Shown here piece after piece: positions 25,812 through 32,000 of a stretch of 32,000 nucleotides of DNA. The translations under genes were made by a program, and so were the position numbers. A model generated the notes under the pieces. It worked only from the letters and a program-made list of their open reading frames with translations, was not told the DNA's origin and ran no database searches. The stretch spans positions 120,001 through 152,000 of the forward strand of contig NZ_CP076228.1 of assembly GCF_021378375.1 (NCBI RefSeq). The letters are read 5' to 3'. Positions within the stretch are counted from its first letter, which is position 1. The number at the start of each line of letters is the position of its first letter. Source of the DNA: Wolbachia endosymbiont of Drosophila innubila. Its GTDB lineage: Bacteria > Pseudomonadota > Alphaproteobacteria > Rickettsiales > Anaplasmataceae.

Positions 25812-27912
25812 TTATCCATTGTTTAACCTGTATGAGGTTAAAATCTGCTACTAAATGAAAGATGGAAACTACATTTTCAAGCAAAGATAATCTGTTTCTT
25901 CTCAGCTTATCAGAATCACAGTTAATCTTTATACTGTCCATAAACTGATTGATAAACGGAGCAAAACCAGCAAGTTCATCAAGTGCTACATTAAAGTGGT
26001 TATTTTTTATCGCTTGTTTTATGTTTTTACAAGCAGTTATAGCACAATTTGATAGCGCAATTTCTTCACTTTCAATCAAAAACCTCTTACCGTAAGATGC
26101 ACTATAAGTAGTGCCATCACTTTTCCTTGCTTTGCTCATCATGTTACTGACTCTTTTGTAAGTGCTTAGAATTTGTTCACCTTCTGGAGTACTAAGATAA
26201 CGATCCAATATAACAGTTCGCTTTTCTGCTGTCAGCAGATCATTAATATCGATTTTATATAGTATTGAATCTACAACATCTTGCCTTATATCTCTATTTT
26301 TTAAAATAACCTTGAATCTTTCTAAGCAAAATCTAAATACTAGTTCTGAAATTTGTTTTCTATTCGGCTTATCAACTGACGCTGTATTTTTATTAAATAG
26401 AAGCCTTGAATATAAAGATACTGACTTGTCTATCATTAGCCTAATTGGAACATGCAAATTATTTTCAAGTATTGTTCTAATTATACCAATTGTCATTCTC
26501 CGCAAACCAAATTGATCATACGAACCAGAGATTTTCTCACCTGCTGCAATTAAACCAACTAAGCTATCCACTTTGTCTGCAATTGACACAGCAATTGCAG
26601 AAGGAGATTTAGGACACTCTTGCTCTGGCCCGATTGGCTTATAATGCTCAGTTATAGCTTCCACTACTTCTTTATCTTCTTGAAAATAAGAAGCATAATA
26701 TCCACCCATTACTCCTTGTAATTCTGGAAACTCTCTGACTATCGATGTTGCCAAATCAGCTTTTGCCAAATATGCAGCACGTTCAACTTTTATCAGCGAA
26801 GCATGTGGAATAAATATAGCTATATACTTTGACAGAGCCGTAATACGCTTCACCTTTTCCCCCACGCTGCCAAGTGAAGCATGAAATAATATCGAACCTA
26901 ATTTTTTGACATAATAATCTAGATTTTCCTTTTTATCTTGAGATATTAAAAATTGGGCATCAGCAAGACGTGCTTCTAATATTCTTTCGTGCCCTTTAAC
27001 AACTTCACCATTGTTGATGTTGACAACAGTGACAAAGTGTGAAATTCTCTTTCCATTACTTAAAGCAAGGTATTTTTGTTGTGTATTAACTATACTAAGT
27101 ATTACTTCCTTCGGTAATCCAAATGACTTTTCTTGATTCACTTCACCAAGCAGTACGATTGGCCACTCTATAAGCCCTGTCAATTCATTTAGTAAATAAT
27201 CATTTTTCTCAAGTTGTAAATTCTGCTCTTTTGTGAATTTATTAATCTGATCTAGTATAAATTGCTTTCTTTTGTCCATTTGGAGAATTACACTGTTTTT
27301 TTCTAGCAATTCAAAATAGTCTTTAGGTGCTTTAACAGTTAACGCTGTACCACTTGAGAGAAATCGATGGCCATATGTTGTGTTAGATGCTGTGATCCCT
27401 GCAAAAGACACAGGTATTATTTCGTCATTTAAAATGCATAAAATGTTTTTGATTGGCCTAACCCACCTTTCTTTTCCTTCGCCCCATCTCATGCTCTTCA
27501 ACCAAGAAAAGTTTTTGAGCATTTCCTCCAGTTGATTTTTGAGGAATTCTCTGATGTTAAATGAGCAGCTTTCTCTTTTAATGAAGTAAAAATCCTCATT
27601 ATTTACTTTTCGAACGAGCAAATCTTCTTCATTTTTCTGATATTTTCTTAAAAAACCTTCGATAGCACTTTTTGGTGCGTTAATGTTTGGTCCCTTAACT
27701 TCGTTATTGGAATCCTTTAGCTCCAAAGCATTTATGTTGTCGACAAATAGGGTAATGCGACGTGCCGTTATAAAAACCTCCATTGATGTAAATTTTACAT
27801 TATTTTTGTTAAAAACATTGGCAATACAGCTTTTAACTTGAGTTGCAACTACATTCTGCATTCTCGGTGGTATTTCTTCTGAAAGGCACTCAAATAATAA
27901 CTGCAACGACAT
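25795..27912 (-). CDS. glyS: glycine--tRNA ligase beta subunit
   Basis: 705 aa with 'LLFE..SEEIPPRMQ' at the N-terminus. It lies directly downstream of glyQ. Confidence 0.95.
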   Translation of the reverse strand: MSLQLLFECLSEEIPPRMQNVVATQVKSCIANVFNKNNVKFTSMEVFITARRITLFVDNINALELKDSNNEVKGPNINAPKSAIEGFLRKYQKNEEDLLVRKVNNEDFYFIKRESCSFNIREFLKNQLEEMLKNFSWLKSMRWGEGKERWVRPIKNILCILNDEIIPVSFAGITASNTTYGHRFLSSGTALTVKAPKDYFELLEKNSVILQMDKRKQFILDQINKFTKEQNLQLEKNDYLLNELTGLIEWPIVLLGEVNQEKSFGLPKEVILSIVNTQQKYLALSNGKRISHFVTVVNINNGEVVKGHERILEARLADAQFLISQDKKENLDYYVKKLGSILFHASLGSVGEKVKRITALSKYIAIFIPHASLIKVERAAYLAKADLATSIVREFPELQGVMGGYYASYFQEDKEVVEAITEHYKPIGPEQECPKSPSAIAVSIADKVDSLVGLIAAGEKISGSYDQFGLRRMTIGIIRTILENNLHVPIRLMIDKSVSLYSRLLFNKNTASVDKPNRKQISELVFRFCLERFKVILKNRDIRQDVVDSILYKIDINDLLTAEKRTVILDRYLSTPEGEQILSTYKRVSNMMSKARKSDGTTYSASYGKRFLIESEEIALSNCAITACKNIKQAIKNNHFNVALDELAGFAPFINQFMDSIKINCDSDKLRRNRLSLLENVVSIFHLVADFNLIQVKQWINAQAI

Positions 27913-27915
27913 ACG

Positions 27916-28755
27916 CTATTTACTCATGTACAATTCACAACATTTTTTTGTTAGCTCTCTAACTTTACCAATATAAGCTGTACGTTCATTCACACCAAGC
28001 ACACCTCTTGCATCAAGCAGATTAAGTAGGTGACTAGTTTTAATACATTGATCATAGGCTGCCATTGGTAGCTCCTTTTCAATAAGGAACTTACACAATT
28101 TTTCCGTATCTTCGAATTGCTGCCGTACCACTTTAGTATCATAATAATCTAACGCTAGATAAGAAAATTCATATTCTCTTTGTTTAAAAATATCTCCGTA
28201 AGTTACACCGTTATCGTTCCAAATTATATCGTAAACATTATCTACACCTTGTATGCACATTGCTAAACGTTCCAACCCATATGCCACCTCACCAGGAATC
28301 ATCTTGCAGTCAATCCCTCCAACTTGCTGTATATAAGTAAGCTGTGTTACTTCCATTCCATTGCATGTAACTTCCCATCCAAGTCCTGATGCACCAACGC
28401 TCGGATTTTCCCAATCATCTTCAACAAACTTAATATCATATTTTTCTGTAGATATGCCAAGAACTTTTAAGCTATCTAAATAGACGTCTTGTAAATTATT
28501 ACCAGATGGCTTTATTATAACTTGATATTGGTGATGTTGATACAAACGATTAGGATTATCACTATAGCGTCCATCTGCTGGCCTAATTACTGGTTGTAGA
28601 TATGCAATTTTTGCCGGTTTTGTATCAATTGCAGACATAATTGTTGCAGGATGTAATGTGCCAGCACCAACTTCAGATGTGTATGGGTGAAGTATAACAC
28701 ATCCTTCACTAGCCCAAAAATCTTGTAACTCTTTTATTATACTTTGTAAGTTCAC
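27916..28755 (-). CDS. glyQ: glycine--tRNA ligase alpha subunit
   Basis: 279 aa with 'LQDFWASEGC', 'QPVIRPADGRY' and 'LGWEV..NGMEVTQLTY'. Confidence 0.97.
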   Translation of the reverse strand: MNLQSIIKELQDFWASEGCVILHPYTSEVGAGTLHPATIMSAIDTKPAKIAYLQPVIRPADGRYSDNPNRLYQHHQYQVIIKPSGNNLQDVYLDSLKVLGISTEKYDIKFVEDDWENPSVGASGLGWEVTCNGMEVTQLTYIQQVGGIDCKMIPGEVAYGLERLAMCIQGVDNVYDIIWNDNGVTYGDIFKQREYEFSYLALDYYDTKVVRQQFEDTEKLCKFLIEKELPMAAYDQCIKTSHLLNLLDARGVLGVNERTAYIGKVRELTKKCCELYMSK

Positions 28756-28799
28756 ACAAATTGTACACTTTTTATACTAAATATATAAATAAATAAGTA

Positions 28800-29558
28800 C
28801 TATTCAATACCTATTTTTTTAACAGTATCATGTAAATAATCACCTAAAACTGCTGAACTTTCCCTCACATACTGAATTATGCTTTTATTTAGGACAATTG
28901 CATCATGCATAGTTAAATCGCAGAATATAAATGCTGTTAAATACAGTAAAATCACCGCATAAAATGTGTGAAAAATCCCCTCAAATGTAATTGACATTGC
29001 ATTATTATAGCTGAGCTGTATTGAACTTATTGGCCATGGTTTTATCACTTCTACGACATTAAAAAATACGTAAGGTATCATAAGAAAAAAGAAAAAGTGC
29101 ATAAAATCATTAAACCAAAATGGGCATTGAAACATCTGCTTACATATATTCCCATAGAGTTTACTTACAGCATAATAAATCGACATCATTGCCGGCATTG
29201 AAAGTGCTACAGTCAGTACTTGCCCTGACGCTATTTGTATTACTATTTCTTCACCACTGTTTGCTGAAGGGTCTTGAGCATGAAAAATAAATATTCCAAT
29301 TAATTGCATTACTAACATAACTATTGCCAATTTTGTAAAAACAGCAGCTACAACTATTCCTGAATTTGGCATTTTATATAGTAAGTATTCGCCTCCATAT
29401 GTAAGAATTAATATAACATCGACAATAAATAATATTAAAAAAGAAGACCAATAGTTCTGCCAACTTGGTAAATATCCTATTCCTAAAAGAGAGCTTACTG
29501 TTTTAGCAGGAAAAACCTTGCCTAGCATCTTTCCCAAAAATTTAAAAAAAATCCCCAT
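28800..29558 (-). CDS. PgpA-family membrane protein (divergent phosphatidylglycerophosphatase A-like)
   Basis: 252 aa. 'LLGIGYLPSWQNYWSS', 'EEIVIQIASGQ' and 'FNVVEVIKPWPISS' parallel E. coli PgpA 'LLAVGFGSGLSPIVPGTMGS', 'DEFIGMW' and 'FRILDMWKPWPIRW'. Confidence 0.55.
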   Translation of the reverse strand: MGIFFKFLGKMLGKVFPAKTVSSLLGIGYLPSWQNYWSSFLILFIVDVILILTYGGEYLLYKMPNSGIVVAAVFTKLAIVMLVMQLIGIFIFHAQDPSANSGEEIVIQIASGQVLTVALSMPAMMSIYYAVSKLYGNICKQMFQCPFWFNDFMHFFFFLMIPYVFFNVVEVIKPWPISSIQLSYNNAMSITFEGIFHTFYAVILLYLTAFIFCDLTMHDAIVLNKSIIQYVRESSAVLGDYLHDTVKKIGIE

Positions 29559-29704
29559 GTTCTAAGTAACACTTGGTTTATATTATTTATAATACTGTAT
29601 TGTAACGGACTTATCAACAACTTAAAACATGTATTGGAAAACTTTAAGTAATATGCAGCAACAGTAGAAGAACGTGCGCCAAAAATTTAATAATTTTATA
29701 GGGC

Positions 29705-30700
29705 TTATGCACTTAAATTTTTTGCAATATCAAGTGCAGCGTAAGTGAATATTGCACTTGCACCCGCACGTTTGAAACCAATCAAAGATTCATAAATCAC
29801 CTTGTCATAATCTAGCCAGCCATTATTTGCAGCAGCTTTTATCATTGCGTACTCACCGCTTACTTGGTAAGCAAAAATCGGAAAATTAAACTTATCACTT
29901 GCTGTTTTGATAATATCTAAATATGGCATACCTGGTTTAATCATAATAAAATCTGCACCTTCATTTATATCCATTTCAATTTCGCACATTGCTTCGTGCG
30001 CATTTTTATAATCCATTTGATAACCACTTTTGTCTATAGAATGTGATAGCCCACATGAACCAACGACTTGCCTGAATGGAGCATAGAAGCTAGAGCAGTA
30101 TTTCACTGCATAAGATAATATTAATACGTCTTGAAAGTTGTTATCATCTAATGATTTTCTGATTCTTCCTACTCTACCATCCATCATATCAGAAGGAGCA
30201 ACTATATCACATCCTGCCTTCGCTAAAGCAAGTGCTTGCTTACACAGTACTGATATAGTTTCATCGTTTTCTATATCCATCTGATTATCTTTTAAAATGC
30301 CGTCATGGCCATGAATAGTGTATGGATCCAGTGCAACGTCTGCAATAATACCAATTTCAGGTACCTTTAATTTTACAGCACAAATTGCTCTGCAGATTAA
30401 GTTGTCAGAATTATATGCTTCTTCAGCGTTTTCAAATTTTAGTTTACTATCAACTACAGGAAAAATTGCAACAGCATTAATTCCTAAATCTTTAGCTTCC
30501 TTAACTATAGACACTAATCCATCTATTGAATAACATTTTACGCCTGGTAAGCCAGAAATTGGTTCAGTTGTTTCTTCTCTGTCATGAACAAACAGAGGAA
30601 GAACCAGATCATTTACTGATAAACTATTTTCACTTGTTAAATTGCGAACCCATTTGCTCGAGCGCCTGCGTCTTAATCTTGTATTTGGAAAATTAAACAT
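29705..30700 (-). CDS. hemB: porphobilinogen synthase (delta-aminolevulinate dehydratase)
   Basis: 331 aa with 'RLRRRR...VRNL', '[13 protein letters not shown]', 'SYA.KY.S.FYGPFR'-like and '[11 protein letters not shown]' motifs. Confidence 0.95.
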   Translation of the reverse strand: MFNFPNTRLRRRRSSKWVRNLTSENSLSVNDLVLPLFVHDREETTEPISGLPGVKCYSIDGLVSIVKEAKDLGINAVAIFPVVDSKLKFENAEEAYNSDNLICRAICAVKLKVPEIGIIADVALDPYTIHGHDGILKDNQMDIENDETISVLCKQALALAKAGCDIVAPSDMMDGRVGRIRKSLDDNNFQDVLILSYAVKYCSSFYAPFRQVVGSCGLSHSIDKSGYQMDYKNAHEAMCEIEMDINEGADFIMIKPGMPYLDIIKTASDKFNFPIFAYQVSGEYAMIKAAANNGWLDYDKVIYESLIGFKRAGASAIFTYAALDIAKNLSA

Positions 30701-31718
30701 TGGATCCAGGCAAGTTCCCAGTAAAGAGCAACACCCCTGAAATGAGTATCACCCAAAGCACCGATATTGGTAGAAATACTTTCCAACCAAGGCGCATTAG
30801 CTGATCATATCGATAACGAGGTATTGTTGCTCTAATCCAAATAAATATAAACAAAAGTATAACTATTTTCAAAATGAACCAAATTAAACCTGGAATTTTG
30901 TAAAGTAAACTGAACTCCAGCGGCGGATACCATCCTCCTAGAAAGAATATCGTCATCATAGCACTTGCTAGAATCATATTTGCATATTCTCCAAGAAAAA
31001 AGAGGGCAAAAGGCATGGATGAATATTCAACGTTATATCCAGAGACAAGCTCTGCTTCAGCTTCTGGTAAATCAAATGGGTGACGATTAGTTTCTGCAAG
31101 CAAAGAAATAAAAAATATTATTCCTATAGGCATTAGTAGCAAATCAACCCAAAATGGCATATTGTGTTTCGCTACCACCATCTCTCCAAGATTTAATGTT
31201 CCAGTGGTAATAACGACTGCAGCAACTATTAAGCCTATTGAAACTTCATATGAAATCATCTGAGCAGCCGACCGTATAGCGCCAAGGAATGCATAATTGG
31301 AGTTGCTTGACCAGCCTGCAATAATCACGCCGTATACTCCCAGCGACGATATAGCTAGCACGTAAAGCACTCCAACATTAATATTTGCTATAACCTTAGG
31401 AATAACTACTTGCTGGCCATTTTCTACAATTACTTCAGCACCAAACGGTATAACTGCCCAGGCAATTAATGCCAAGATAAAGGTAAGCATTGGAGCCATA
31501 ATGAACAGTATGGTGCTCGCTCTAAATGGTATTATCGGCTCTTTAATCAGTAGCTTAATAGCATCTGCAAATGGCTGCAATAGCCCAAAAGGTCCAACTA
31601 CACTCGGGCCGTGCCTTAATTGAATTGCAGCAAGGACCTTACGCTCAAAGTATGTCAAATATGCAACTGAAAGTAGTAGCGGTACTAAAATAAATAAAAT
31701 ATTAACTAGTGTGTTCAT
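30693..31718 (-). CDS. nuoH: NADH-quinone oxidoreductase subunit H
   Basis: 341 aa with '[16 protein letters not shown]', '[25 protein letters not shown]' and '[17 protein letters not shown]'. Confidence 0.97.
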   Translation of the reverse strand: MNTLVNILFILVPLLLSVAYLTYFERKVLAAIQLRHGPSVVGPFGLLQPFADAIKLLIKEPIIPFRASTILFIMAPMLTFILALIAWAVIPFGAEVIVENGQQVVIPKVIANINVGVLYVLAISSLGVYGVIIAGWSSNSNYAFLGAIRSAAQMISYEVSIGLIVAAVVITTGTLNLGEMVVAKHNMPFWVDLLLMPIGIIFFISLLAETNRHPFDLPEAEAELVSGYNVEYSSMPFALFFLGEYANMILASAMMTIFFLGGWYPPLEFSLLYKIPGLIWFILKIVILLFIFIWIRATIPRYRYDQLMRLGWKVFLPISVLWVILISGVLLFTGNLPGSNV

Positions 31719-32000
31719 AAAAAGCTTTAGTACAATCTGCCATTATTTTTGAAGCGCGACTTATTGAATCCGTCATATAAAAATTACACTCCTTTAAAGT
31801 AAAAGGTGTATCACTTAAATTTATTTTACCATTGCTAATTGGCACCCATGTGTTTTTTATCACTTGATCAGCATTTCTAAACTGTGGACCGATAGTATCT
31901 AATTTTTTTCTCACGTCAAATAAACTATCATATGGTAAGGAGAGATCCAAATATTGCGAGAGATTTTTAATAATTAACCAGTCCTCCTTTGCTTCACCTG
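31702..32000 (-). CDS. nuoG: NADH-quinone oxidoreductase subunit G, C-terminal fragment (5' end outside the window)
   Basis: The frame stays open to the window edge ('[26 protein letters not shown]...'). Its position immediately upstream of nuoH, with a 17-nt overlap, supports the call. Confidence 0.8.
   Translation of the reverse strand, partial: GEAKEDWLIIKNLSQYLDLSLPYDSLFDVRKKLDTIGPQFRNADQVIKNTWVPISNGKINLSDTPFTLKECNFYMTDSISRASKIMADCTKAFYEHTS

Overview
This is an AT-rich chromosomal window whose gene content and quirks fit a Rickettsiales endosymbiont, most like Wolbachia. Supporting signs are an IS5-family element, an ankyrin-repeat ORF, dense GTCATCC...GGATGAC palindromic hairpins, a two-piece tmRNA and scattered nuo genes. 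Most of the window is housekeeping: sspB-like, ssrA, cvpA, ribE, pheS, glmU, rplU-rpmA-tRNA-Ile, metK, coxC, ruvC, ruvX, gatB, cysS, tatA, an ABC ATPase, tRNA-Arg, uvrC, glyS, glyQ, a pgpA-like gene, hemB, nuoH and the 3' end of nuoG. Five things are not ordinary. (1) Two diverged ~1 kb copies of one composite non-coding element lie in inverted orientation and bracket 6.45 kb of core genes. Each copy carries a conserved near-consensus promoter that points inward, plus hairpin fields, and copy 1 holds a 7x23-bp perfect tandem array. (2) A 735-aa ORF combines a Cap4/DUF4297-like nuclease N-domain, an NB-ARC-like helical/winged-helix core with no P-loop, and five ankyrin repeats. An SD/ATG and an in-frame TAG at codon 8 lie just upstream of it. 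(3) An IS insertion splits the canonical member of a tandem TenA-family pair, and the intact paralogue has lost conserved catalytic residues. (4) A tandem exoD duplication contains a 368-bp tract of 100% identity. (5) An orphan three-gene overlapping operon ends in a two-TM membrane protein. All protein-family calls come from motif recognition by eye. No database search, folding or alignment program was run, and repeat identities are visual estimates.
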